From a virus (taxonomy: Duplodnaviria > Heunggongvirae > Uroviricota > Caudoviricetes), in the IMG/VR virus record IMGVR_UViG_2654587996_000002: 37,878 bases of DNA; one strand, written 5' to 3'. The notes below the pieces were generated by a model, which was not told the origin of the DNA, did no database searches, and saw only the letters and a list, made by a program, of their open reading frames with translations. The translations under genes and the position numbers were made by a program. How positions within the stretch are numbered: position 1 is the stretch's first letter; each line of letters starts with the position of its first letter. Shown here in pieces: positions 27,799 through 36,382 of the stretch.

Positions 27799-28402
27799 TG
27801 AAGTGTTCAGCCGCCTGATTGCCCCGGTAACGCGCGGCATTCGCCTGCTGTTTGGCCGGGGCGTTCTGACCGGCACACATGACGAACTGAAAATGCAGAA
27901 TGTGCAGCTCACCGGCATGGACGGCGAAACCTTTGATGATGTGGAGCGCCCCCAGCAGTACGGGCAGATCAGCGTTCCCCTGCCGGGCGCAGAAACCTTT
28001 TTTGCCTGTCTGGGCGGACAGCGGGATCAGACTGTGGTGCTTGTGGTGGAAGACCGGCGCAGCCGTCCGACCGGACTCACTGCCGGAGATACGGGGGTGT
28101 ATCACCATGAGGGGCACCGGATACGGTTAACAAAGGATGGTCGCATTATTGTGACATGCAAAATGCTGGAGATTTACGCCGACGATGGGATGCGGGTGGA
28201 TACGCCGGAAGCCACCTTTACGGGCAATGTGACGGTGGATAAAAACCTGCATGTTAAGGGGAATTTCGCGCTTGATGGTACGGGGAAATCTCAGGGACTG
28301 TTCACGATGTCTGATGCCGTTATTGCCGGGATACGGTATTCCGGCCATGTGCATCATGATAACGGCGAAGGCAGTAAGACAGGAGCGCCGGAGAATGGCT
28401 GA
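27791..28402 (+). CDS. baseplate assembly protein V-like (spike)
   Basis: About 203 aa, conserved position; ATG 27791 overlaps Q stop. Confidence 0.65.
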   Translation: MNDEVFSRLIAPVTRGIRLLFGRGVLTGTHDELKMQNVQLTGMDGETFDDVERPQQYGQISVPLPGAETFFACLGGQRDQTVVLVVEDRRSRPTGLTAGDTGVYHHEGHRIRLTKDGRIIVTCKMLEIYADDGMRVDTPEATFTGNVTVDKNLHVKGNFALDGTGKSQGLFTMSDAVIAGIRYSGHVHHDNGEGSKTGAPENG

Positions 28403-28832
28403 TATTGCAATTGTATGGGATCAGGGATGCGGTTCGCTGCAACTGAACGGTGCCGACCTGCTGACGGATGACAGTCTGCTGACGGCCGTTCTGATTTCGC
28501 TGTTTACTGACCGCCGGGCGCTGGCATCGGATGAAATCCCTGACGGTACGCGTGACCGCCGGGGATGGTGGGGAGACAGTTTTCGCCCGCGTCCCATTGG
28601 CTCCCGTCTGTGGCTTCTCAGCCGGGAAAAAACGCTGGCCTCCGTGATAAGCCGTGCCCGTGTTTACGCGGATGAGGCGCTGGGCTGGCTCAGTCAGGAT
28701 GGCGTGGCGTCATCCGTGGTCTGTCATGCAGAACGTGTGGGACACGCGCGGCTGGCGCTTTCGGTGCGCATAACCCTGCCTGATGGTTCAGTGAGACCCA
28801 TGATTTTTTATGCTGATTTTAAGGGGGAGTAA
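28395..28832 (+). CDS. baseplate protein W-like (gp46 family)
   Basis: 145 aa from ATG 28395 with GGAG RBS; track ORF 28251 start is probably an upstream extension. Confidence 0.6.
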   Translation: MADIAIVWDQGCGSLQLNGADLLTDDSLLTAVLISLFTDRRALASDEIPDGTRDRRGWWGDSFRPRPIGSRLWLLSREKTLASVISRARVYADEALGWLSQDGVASSVVCHAERVGHARLALSVRITLPDGSVRPMIFYADFKGE

Positions 28833-29914
28833 TGCCTTATCAGCCTTTACCGCTGGCACAGTTAATCACGCAGACACAGCAGGATATCAGCCAGCGCCTG
28901 CCCGGCTCGCAGCCGGGTGTGAATGAAACCACCCTGAATGCCATTGCTTACGCTCAGGCAGGGTTATCTGCTCAGGAGCATGAGCATCTGGCCTGGATTG
29001 CGCGTCAGATCATCCCGACCGAAGCCGATGAAGCCGAGTTACTGAAGCACTGTGCATTCTGGGGCGTTATGCGTAAACCCGCCTCACGGGGTGACGGGCC
29101 GGTTCAGCTGATGCTGACCACGGATGCGGGGATCACAGAAGGTGTGCTTCTCCAGCGCAGTGATGGCGTGGTTTACCGTATCACCACCTCACTGACCGGT
29201 AAGGCCGGTACGCTGAATGTCAGTGTGGAAGCTGAAAGTGCCGGTCGTGCGGGAAATGCCCCGGCAGGGACAAAACTGACATTTATCACACCGCAGGCGG
29301 GGATCAACCAGACGGCCACGGTGACCGGAACGGGGATCACCGGTGGTGCGGATGTGGAAACCGTGCCGGAGCTGCTTTCCCGTCTGGTTTTCCGGGTGCA
29401 GAATCCGCCGTCCGGCGGCACGCAGTATGATTTTGAACGCTGGGCGCGTGAAGTGCCGGGCGTGACGCGGGCATGGTGCCGCCCGGAGTGGCCGCAGGCG
29501 GGCAGCGTGGGGGTAACGTTCGTTCAGGATAATAACCCGGATATTTTCCCCGGTGACGGTGATGTTCAGCGGGTGGCGGATTATATCCGCAGTCATGATG
29601 ATCCGGCGACCGGCCAGCCTGTCGGACAGCCTCTGGGGCCGACGGTGACCGTGTTTAAGCTGACCAATAAGCCGGTGCCCTTCAGCATCAGGATCATCCC
29701 GAAAACACCGGAGAATCAGGCGGCCGTAAAACAGGCGCTGACCGACCTGTTATACAACGAATCCCGGCCCGGCGGTCTGGTTCTGCCGTCGTCTTTCTGG
29801 CGTGCCGTGGCGGGGGTGAAAAATCTGGAGGATTTTGAAGTGCGCAGTCCGCTGACGTCAGTTCAGGCGGGAGACAGTGAGCTGCTGACGGTAGGAGAAA
29901 TCACATGGCTGTAA
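28832..29914 (+). CDS. baseplate J-like protein (Mu gp47-like)
   Basis: 360 aa; start overlaps W stop; conserved position before tail fibre. Confidence 0.7.
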   Translation: MPYQPLPLAQLITQTQQDISQRLPGSQPGVNETTLNAIAYAQAGLSAQEHEHLAWIARQIIPTEADEAELLKHCAFWGVMRKPASRGDGPVQLMLTTDAGITEGVLLQRSDGVVYRITTSLTGKAGTLNVSVEAESAGRAGNAPAGTKLTFITPQAGINQTATVTGTGITGGADVETVPELLSRLVFRVQNPPSGGTQYDFERWAREVPGVTRAWCRPEWPQAGSVGVTFVQDNNPDIFPGDGDVQRVADYIRSHDDPATGQPVGQPLGPTVTVFKLTNKPVPFSIRIIPKTPENQAAVKQALTDLLYNESRPGGLVLPSSFWRAVAGVKNLEDFEVRSPLTSVQAGDSELLTVGEITWL

Positions 29915-30465
29915 CCCTGACCCCGCATCAGCGCGCCCTGTTGCAGTTACTGCCTGACGGGCTGGCATGGGACAAGCGTCCGTCATCCGTACTGGCATCG
30001 TTATGCCTGGGCCTCAGCCATTCTACAGCGCGTGTATCCTGGACGGGTAAACAGCTGCTTGCCGAGCGTTTCCCTGACACGTCGCGCCTGCTGCTGGAAG
30101 ACTGGGAGCGTTATCTCGGCCTTCCTGAATGTGATATGGCCGGAGCCACCATCACGGAGCGACAGCGTTATGCCGGAAATAAATACCGGATGAAGCCCTC
30201 GCTGAACCGTGAATTTTATATCCGGTTTGCGGCGGAGTTTGGTTATCAGATTGACATTCAGCCTTCACCGGATTCGCAGTGGGTCAGTATTGTCACGATT
30301 AACAGTGAAACCGGCTACCGGAATATGAATGTGCTGGATGATATTCTCACGCCGCTGCGTATTTATGAAGGCGGTGCGCTGGAATGTATTCTGAATCGTT
30401 ATAAGCCTGCATGGCAGACGTTTATTTACGTGTATGCAAACAGCCACGAAGAGGAGAATATTTAA
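29905..30465 (+). CDS. tail protein (Mu gp48-like)
   Basis: 186 aa between baseplate J-like and tail fibre. Confidence 0.6.
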   Translation: MAVTLTPHQRALLQLLPDGLAWDKRPSSVLASLCLGLSHSTARVSWTGKQLLAERFPDTSRLLLEDWERYLGLPECDMAGATITERQRYAGNKYRMKPSLNREFYIRFAAEFGYQIDIQPSPDSQWVSIVTINSETGYRNMNVLDDILTPLRIYEGGALECILNRYKPAWQTFIYVYANSHEEENI

Positions 30466-31355
30466 TGTTTCATGTTGATAATAATTCCGGCGTGGCGAAT
30501 ATGCCTGCGCTGGCACCGGCGCAGAGTAATACCACCACCTGGTTTACCGAAGGTGACGGACAAAAAGGTATCAGCTGGATTGGTCAGGACTGGCTGAATA
30601 TTCTCCAGGCCGAACTGCTGAATATTCTGGCTGAAGCCAGTATTCAGCCGGATAAGGCGCAGTTAAACCAGCTTACGCTGTCCATTAAAGCCATTATCGC
30701 TGCGAATGCTTTTTCCCGGAAAAATAACCTGAAAGAAATTGCTGATGCCGGTGCGGAGGCTCAGCGTCTGGCCCGTGGTTATCTTGGTCTGGGGACGCTT
30801 GCCACAAAAAACAGTCTTGGTCCCGGTGACGTTAATGCCCTGGCGAAGGATCAGAATCTGGCCGACCTGGAGAATACGGGAACCGCCCGTAATAATCTGG
30901 ATGTTTACAGCAAAAGCGAGGGTGATAACCGTTACCTGCGCAGGGAGCAGAACGGCGCAGACATTCCGGATAAAGGGGCTTTTATCGATAACGTCGGTTT
31001 ACGGGAAACGGTAAACAGAGCCGCGAACGCACTGCCATCGAACGGAACGGCCGTTGCCGCGAACAGGCTGGCAAATGCCCACACAATTAATGGGGTTCCT
31101 TTTGACGGAACGCAGGATATAAACATCACTTCTGGTATGACTCTGCTGGATGGTGATGCCCGTTATGTGCAGAATGTGAGACTGGGTTCAGAAATGTCTG
31201 TATTAATGCCATTCGGGGGAAAAGTCGGTATAGGAGGATGTGTAATAACGGCGTTATCTATAGCGGGTGAAGTGGATAACAGTGGCGATTTTGCTTATTT
31301 TCGCCCACTACAGATATACATAAATGGCTCATGGATTACGGTATCTCAGTTATAA
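30465..31355 (+). CDS. tail fibre protein S (constant part plus currently expressed variable part Sv)
   Basis: GAGGAG RBS before ATG 30465; C-terminal ~115 codons lie inside the invertible segment and are paralogous to the oppositely oriented 31963-32328 ORF. Confidence 0.75.
   Translation: MFHVDNNSGVANMPALAPAQSNTTTWFTEGDGQKGISWIGQDWLNILQAELLNILAEASIQPDKAQLNQLTLSIKAIIAANAFSRKNNLKEIADAGAEAQRLARGYLGLGTLATKNSLGPGDVNALAKDQNLADLENTGTARNNLDVYSKSEGDNRYLRREQNGADIPDKGAFIDNVGLRETVNRAANALPSNGTAVAANRLANAHTINGVPFDGTQDINITSGMTLLDGDARYVQNVRLGSEMSVLMPFGGKVGIGGCVITALSIAGEVDNSGDFAYFRPLQIYINGSWITVSQL
30982..31007 (+). promoter_or_regulatory. gix-like recombination site (left boundary of invertible segment)
   Basis: TTATCGATAACG-TC-GGTTTACGGGAA; inner half-site identical to that of the right site in inverted orientation; resembles Mu gix / Salmonella hix sites. 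Confidence 0.7.
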
Positions 31356-31406
31356 ATAGGCGGTAAATAATATATTTTAAAACAGATTTATTTCCAGGAG
31401 GATTTT

Positions 31407-31928
31407 ATGGAACTAAAAAATATAACCCGTTATTATCCTGAAAATATGCCATATGGTAATAATGTTCAGTATTTTCAGAGTGAAGATGGTAAGGATTTCT
31501 ACGAGTCCCTGCCATTATTCACCAAAAAATATAAACTTTGCATAACACCTGACAGCGGCGTTATCTGCTCAATATCACAGGACGCCTCGGCGCTGTATCC
31601 TGTGGGTTTTTCCGTGGTTGAGAGCGACGAACTCCCTGAAGGCACTGATATTTCAGGTAACTGGAAGTTTGATGATGGTGTCATCTCACCGCTTCCGGTT
31701 GACTACGACAAAAAAGCGAAAACAATGCATCAGTCATATCTTAATCAGGCATATGAAAAGATTAATGACTGGAGAACTGAGTTACAGCTGGGCACGATTA
31801 GTGATGAAAACAGAGCTGCGCTTACACGATGGATGGAATACATCAGTCAGGTGAAAAAAATGGAACTACCTGCGATTAAAAACAAAGCTGAATTTGACGA
31901 CATTAAATGGCCGGAAAAGCCTGAATAA
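31407..31928 (+). CDS. tail fibre assembly protein U
   Basis: 173 aa; AGGAGG RBS; directly downstream of tail fibre gene. Confidence 0.7.
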   Translation: MELKNITRYYPENMPYGNNVQYFQSEDGKDFYESLPLFTKKYKLCITPDSGVICSISQDASALYPVGFSVVESDELPEGTDISGNWKFDDGVISPLPVDYDKKAKTMHQSYLNQAYEKINDWRTELQLGTISDENRAALTRWMEYISQVKKMELPAIKNKAEFDDIKWPEKPE

Positions 31929-31932
31929 CGTA

Positions 31933-31953
31933 AAGGGTGCTTATCGCACCCTT
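31933..31953. terminator. bidirectional hairpin between convergent U and S'v
   Basis: AAGGGTGC-TTATC-GCACCCTT perfect 8-bp stem followed by TTTTCCTTT; sits between U stop (31928) and S'v stop (31963). Confidence 0.6.
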
Positions 31954-31962
31954 TTCCTTTAA

Positions 31963-32328
31963 TCAGACGGATGAAACTGTGCGCCAGCCATTACCGATAT
32001 ATATCTGCACCGGACGGTAATAAACGCCTCCGATATTATCGGCTGAACTTTTCCCGGTATCCTGCACGTTAATACCTGAAAGCATACAACCGGAAGGTGC
32101 GCCATAACTCCAGGACATTTCATTACCTCCGGGTGAATGGTAACTCTGGGCACCAAGCTGAACGTTGCTAACGTATTTGTTATCAGCAGTAGCTTCGGTC
32201 ATACCGGAGTTAATGTATATATCCTGCGTCCCGTCAAAGGGAACCCCATTAATATTTCTTGGGGTGGCGAGTTTATTCGAGGCAACGGCGGTGCCGTCCA
32301 ATGGCAGAGCATTCGCCGCCTTATTCAC
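31963..32328 (-). CDS. alternative tail fibre C-terminal segment S'v (silent in this orientation)
   Basis: Minus-strand ORF with no ATG of its own; frame continues through the right gix site. Protein is paralogous to Sv (AANALP..GTAVA.N.LA....[13 protein letters not shown]-terminal RP.QIYI..W.TVS). Confidence 0.7.
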   Translation of the reverse strand: MNKAANALPLDGTAVASNKLATPRNINGVPFDGTQDIYINSGMTEATADNKYVSNVQLGAQSYHSPGGNEMSWSYGAPSGCMLSGINVQDTGKSSADNIGGVYYRPVQIYIGNGWRTVSSV

Positions 32329-32331
32329 CGT

Positions 32332-32357
32332 TTCCCGTAAACCGAGGTTTTCAGGAA
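32332..32357 (-). promoter_or_regulatory. gix-like recombination site (right boundary of invertible segment)
   Basis: TTCCCGTAAACC-GA-GGTTTTCAGGAA, a near-palindromic 26-bp site close to the Mu gix / hix pattern. Confidence 0.75.
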
Positions 32358-32422
32358 AGCCCCTGTTCTCCCCGTTTTATTCATCATGCGACAATTCCGG
32401 CTTTTTATAATAAGGAGATCGT

Positions 32423-32995
32423 ATGCTGATTGGGTATATCAGGGTGTCAACAAATGACCAGAATACGGCGCTACAGAGAAATGCGCTGGAATGTGCAGGA
32501 TGTGAGCTGTTTTTCGAAGACAGAATAAGCGGTAAGACAAGGGAACGTCCCGGCCTTAAACGCGCATTAAAGCGACTCCGGCCAGGGGATACCCTGCTGG
32601 TCTGGAAACTGGATCGTCTTGGACGTAGTATGCAGCACCTTGTCCTTTTAACAGAAGAACTCCGGCAGCGCGGCGTTAACTTCCGCAGCATTACGGACAA
32701 TATTGATACATCCACTCCCATGGGACGTTTCTTTTTCCATATAATGGGCGCACTGGCGGAAATGGAGCGGGAACTCATTATTGAACGTACACGCGCGGGT
32801 CTTGCTGCTGCCCGTGCTCAGGGGCGTCATGGCGGCAGACCTCAGAAACTGACAGGGAAAGAGCGGGAGCAAATCGCCCGTTTGCTGGCTAATGGCGAGT
32901 CCCGTAAACAAATCGCACTGATATTTGATATTGGCCTGTCCACCCTTTATCGTTATTTTCCTGCCTCACCGGCTCCGTCACCAAAAGTACCGTGA
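32423..32995 (+). CDS. gin: Gin-family serine DNA invertase
   Basis: MLIGYIRVSTNDQNTALQRNAL...GDTLLVWKLDRLGRSM...MGRFFFHIMGALAEMERELIIERT closely matches recalled Mu Gin / Hin; AGGAG RBS. Confidence 0.92.
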   Translation: MLIGYIRVSTNDQNTALQRNALECAGCELFFEDRISGKTRERPGLKRALKRLRPGDTLLVWKLDRLGRSMQHLVLLTEELRQRGVNFRSITDNIDTSTPMGRFFFHIMGALAEMERELIIERTRAGLAAARAQGRHGGRPQKLTGKEREQIARLLANGESRKQIALIFDIGLSTLYRYFPASPAPSPKVP

Positions 32996-33080
32996 CGCTT
33001 TTTTGAATTTCCGCAAAACACATATTTTTCAGCGGTCGCTATTCTGACTCTGTTTAATTCAGAAACAGGCAGAAAAGACG

Positions 33081-35129
33081 ATGTCAGACTCCCAGTGGAA
33101 AATGCTCTCCGCCATGCCCGGAGAGTTTTCAGTCAAGGTTGCCGGTGGCACGGTGGCATTTATTGAAAGTCCTTTCAGGCCTTCGGGTAATAAAGGGGGG
33201 ATCACCTTCGCAGACTGCGTGATCCGCTTCAGCACGAAAGAGCCATTATGGGTAATGCCGGTATCCGGCAATCCCAGCGCAGAAATCACCAGTTCAGGTG
33301 TGACCGGCATTATTCCGATCACATCTGACGTGGCCGGAACACTCACGCCTTCTGACTGGAATGCACCGGATAACGCCGGACCGTCTGGCGGTACAAATGG
33401 CAGCAGTACAGAGCCGGAGTATTACTATGTGCTTCCACTGGCCGGGCAGTCCAACGGGATGGCCTACGGTGAAGGGCTTCCGCTACCGGCTTCATTCGAC
33501 CGCCCTGAACCGCGCATTAAGCAACTGGCACGTCGCAGCACGGTAACGCCCGATGGTACGTCGTGCACATATAACGATATCATTCCCGCAGACCACTGCC
33601 TGCATGATGTGCAGGACATGAGCGGGATAAACCACCCGAAAGCTGACCTGAGTAAAGGGCAGTATGGTTGTGTCGGCCAGGGGCTGCATATTGCCAAAAA
33701 ACTGCTGCCTTATATTCCGCAGAATGCCGGGATACTTCTGGTTCCCTGCTGTCGTGGTGCTTCGGCATTCACCACCGGTGATGACGGCTCATTCAGTGAG
33801 GCCAGCGGTGCTTCCGCTGATTCTTCACGCTGGGGAGCCGGTAAACCCCTGTATCATGACCTGGTAAGCCGTACCAGAGCGGCGCTGGCGAAGAACCCGA
33901 AAAACAAACTTCTGGCAGTGGTCTGGATGCAGGGAGAAGCAGACCTTGCATCGGGAAGTCAGCAGCATAATGGTTTATTCACAGCCATGGTTCAGCAGTT
34001 CAGAACCGACCTGTCTCCACTTGCAGCGCAGTGCGTGAGTGGAAATGCTGCCACGGTGCCGTGGATTTGTGGTGACACCACGTATTACTGGAAAAACACG
34101 TATGCCACGCAGTATGAAACAGTCTATGGAGCATATAAAAATCTGACCGCACAGAATATTTTCTTTGTGCCGTTCCTGACGGATGAGAATGGACAGAACA
34201 CGCCAACGAATGCTCCGGTGGAAGACCCGGATATTGTGGCTGTCGGGTATTACGGTGCGGCATCCCGTACCCAGGGCAGTTTTGTCTCCACACAGCGTGA
34301 CAGCCATTTCAGCTCATGGGCACGCAGGGGCATCATTTCTGACCGTCTGGCCTCAGCCATTCTGCTCCATGCGGGACGCACGGCTGAAGTTATGGGCGGA
34401 CAGGCCGTGCCGCCGGATGAAAAACCATCCCCTGACACGCCATCAACGCCGTCAACGGACGGGAAATCAATGACGACGCTGTTTTCTTACCGCGCATCGG
34501 AGTCAGGCGGAGCACTGACGCCACAGGGCTGGGGGGCGGAAGGCGGTAGTGCTGCTGTTGTGGATGATGTCGGTGCCAGCGGGGGCAAGGCGCTGAAGCT
34601 GACAAAACAGACCGGAAAGTCATGGTTTATGCAGCATGATGCCGGTAATGGTGCCGACCTGCTGGAAAAAGGTGGCCTTGTCAGCTGTCGTTTTAAACTT
34701 GATGGCGCGCTTACGGCTAATCAGTACGCACTGGCGCTGTACTGGCCGGTTTCTTCGCTTCCTCAGGGCGTCACACTGGAAGGTAATGCCGGTCATAACC
34801 TGCTGGCATCGTTTTACGTTCAGAGCGATGCCACAGACCTTATCGTGATGTACCACAAGGGTAATCCAGACCAGAACACGAAGCTGGGTTCATTCGGTGC
34901 ATTTAATAACGAGTGGCATACGCTGGCATTCCGTTTTGCCGGTAATAACAGCATTCAGGTGACGCCGGTGATTGATGGTAAGAACGGGGAACCGTTCATG
35001 CTGTCTCAGTCACCTGTCGGTTCTTTTGCGGCAGACAAGTTACGCCTGACCGATATCACCAGTAATGCAACGTATCCGGTACTGATTGACAGCATTTTGG
35101 TGGAAGTGAATAACCCGTCAGCAGGATAA
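33081..35129 (+). CDS. large accessory protein: SASA-like carbohydrate O-acetylesterase core plus C-terminal lectin/LamG-like domain
   Basis: 682 aa; LPLAGQSNGMAYGEG (GQSN motif) and VVWMQGEADLASG (QGE motif) as in sialate O-acetylesterase-like esterases; Gly/Ser/Thr/Pro linkers; C-terminal ~200 aa resembles concanavalin/LamG-type carbohydrate-binding folds. Confidence 0.6.
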   Translation: MSDSQWKMLSAMPGEFSVKVAGGTVAFIESPFRPSGNKGGITFADCVIRFSTKEPLWVMPVSGNPSAEITSSGVTGIIPITSDVAGTLTPSDWNAPDNAGPSGGTNGSSTEPEYYYVLPLAGQSNGMAYGEGLPLPASFDRPEPRIKQLARRSTVTPDGTSCTYNDIIPADHCLHDVQDMSGINHPKADLSKGQYGCVGQGLHIAKKLLPYIPQNAGILLVPCCRGASAFTTGDDGSFSEASGASADSSRWGAGKPLYHDLVSRTRAALAKNPKNKLLAVVWMQGEADLASGSQQHNGLFTAMVQQFRTDLSPLAAQCVSGNAATVPWICGDTTYYWKNTYATQYETVYGAYKNLTAQNIFFVPFLTDENGQNTPTNAPVEDPDIVAVGYYGAASRTQGSFVSTQRDSHFSSWARRGIISDRLASAILLHAGRTAEVMGGQAVPPDEKPSPDTPSTPSTDGKSMTTLFSYRASESGGALTPQGWGAEGGSAAVVDDVGASGGKALKLTKQTGKSWFMQHDAGNGADLLEKGGLVSCRFKLDGALTANQYALALYWPVSSLPQGVTLEGNAGHNLLASFYVQSDATDLIVMYHKGNPDQNTKLGSFGAFNNEWHTLAFRFAGNNSIQVTPVIDGKNGEPFMLSQSPVGSFAADKLRLTDITSNATYPVLIDSILVEVNNPSAG

Positions 35130-35263
35130 AAAAATGCCGCCGGGAAAGGGAAAACAAGGAAACCGGCGGCAAAGGTCGATACATCCAAAGCAAAAATGCA
35201 GGACGCCTTTTTAACCAACAGGTATTAACTATGTCAACACCATGCCAATAATGGAGATGAATA

Positions 35264-35446
35264 ATGACATTTTTACAGCTGATATTACTGTATTTCTGCA
35301 CGGCGGTATGTGTCTTATACCTGGTGAGTGGTGGCTATAAGGCCATCAGAAATTATGTTCGCCGCAAAATTGATGACGCAGCAGCCGAAAAGCTCAGTAA
35401 AACAGCGCAGGCAACTCCGCTCCCAAAAGACCCGACCCAGCCCTGA
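35264..35446 (+). CDS. small membrane protein (60 aa, one TM)
   Basis: N-terminal hydrophobic LILLYFCTAVCVLYLVSGG then charged tail; AT-rich accessory region. Confidence 0.4.
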   Translation: MTFLQLILLYFCTAVCVLYLVSGGYKAIRNYVRRKIDDAAAEKLSKTAQATPLPKDPTQP

Positions 35447-35481
35447 TTGCAGGGCTTTATTCCCGCATGAGGAGGATATAC

Positions 35482-35736
35482 ATGCCAGAAATTAAAGGCA
35501 CCGTCACTGAAGACCTGGTAAAACAGGCACTGTATTCCGGTGAAGTAAATAAGTTGCTGAAAGCGCAAGTCCGCAAGGATTTTGAGGCACAAATCGACAC
35601 TTACGTTGATGAGGTGCTGGCAAAACTTATTGGACCAGCTGCTGCGGCCAGTGATGCTGATAATGAGCCGAAAACCGAAGCACAGCCAGAACAACCAGAC
35701 CCGGCTCAGCCCGGAACTGACAGCACCATGATGTAA
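35482..35736 (+). CDS. hypothetical small acidic protein
   Basis: GGAGG 6 nt upstream of ATG 35482; followed by terminator-like hairpin. Confidence 0.45.
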   Translation: MPEIKGTVTEDLVKQALYSGEVNKLLKAQVRKDFEAQIDTYVDEVLAKLIGPAAAASDADNEPKTEAQPEQPDPAQPGTDSTMM

Positions 35737-35742
35737 CAATAC

Positions 35743-35775
35743 AAACCGGCAGTTTCTCCTGTCGGTTTTATTTTC
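35743..35775 (+). terminator. Rho-independent terminator
   Basis: AAACCGGCAG-TTTCTC-CTGTCGGTTT hairpin followed by TATTTTC. Confidence 0.65.
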
Positions 35776-35811
35776 ATGGGCGCTTTATATACCAATCAGA
35801 GGACGATAATC

Positions 35812-36012
35812 ATGGACAAGAATACAAAGCAACCTGATACCAAAGGCCTGGAAATATTAAGCACAGAAATTATCAATGCGCTACGTTCAGGACTTGATGA
35901 AGATACATTACAGGATCGAAACTTCACCACCGCAATGTGGATAGCTATGCAGATCCTGTGTACCCCAAGATGCGCTATTTTTGCGGTTCGTGAAGGTCAA
36001 CTGACTCGCTGA
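35812..36012 (+). CDS. hypothetical small protein (66 aa)
   Basis: AGAGGA about 9 nt upstream of ATG 35812; track ORF begins at 35776. Confidence 0.4.
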   Translation: MDKNTKQPDTKGLEILSTEIINALRSGLDEDTLQDRNFTTAMWIAMQILCTPRCAIFAVREGQLTR

Positions 36013-36120
36013 TTGCACGAATTACATCAGAAAATCAGGCGTTCCATAACTTCATAGCTGATGAATCACCTCCCTGAATCATTGTTGATGACTTTTCAAT
36101 CTATTTGTTGTATCAATTAA

Positions 36121-36152
36121 ACAAATCGAATCGATCGTTTTTGTCGATCGAT
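36121..36152. promoter_or_regulatory. GATC-containing palindrome upstream of com-like gene (candidate Dam-sensitive operator, by analogy to Mu mom control region)
   Basis: AATCGATCG-TTTTTGT-CGATCGATT: perfect 9-bp inverted repeat carrying two GATC sites, about 45-75 bp upstream of the com-like start. Confidence 0.4.
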
Positions 36153-36196
36153 TAGGCGAGAAAGATATCATCAACAAAGCAGGAGGTTATGCGGCC

Positions 36197-36382
36197 ATGT
36201 ATCGAAACATACGGTGCCGACACTGCAATAAGCTACTGGCACGGGCCAGTTTCAGCTATCTGGAAGTAAAATGTCCGCGCTGCAAAACCCTCAATCAAAT
36301 CACATCTCAGAGCGCCACAGAGCACCCCACATACACAAGGAAATCCTGCCGTGGGGAACAAGAAACATTACTTTCAGTCTGA
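36197..36382 (+). CDS. com: Com-like zinc-finger translational activator
   Basis: MYRNIRCRHCNKLLARASFSYLEVKCPRCKTLNQ has the CxxC...CxxC arrangement and N-terminal similarity to Mu Com (recalled MKSIRCKNCNKLL...RCPRCK); AGGAGG RBS; 3' end overlaps start of the downstream modification gene as com does with mom. Confidence 0.8.
   Translation: MYRNIRCRHCNKLLARASFSYLEVKCPRCKTLNQITSQSATEHPTYTRKSCRGEQETLLSV

Larger units (their letters stand above)
30982..32357. mobile_element. Gin-type invertible DNA segment (G-segment-like) carrying Sv, U and inverted S'v
   Basis: Inverted repeats GGTTTACGGGAAACGG at both boundaries; about 60 bp of inverted homology at 31006-31070 vs 32270-32343; adjacent gin gene. 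Confidence 0.75.

Noticed and set aside
35353-35739. 128-aa minus-strand ORF opposite the small accessory ORFs
   Set aside because: Hydrophobic/low-complexity translation antisense to ORFs with good RBSs; the convincing terminator at 35743-35775 is oriented for the + strand.
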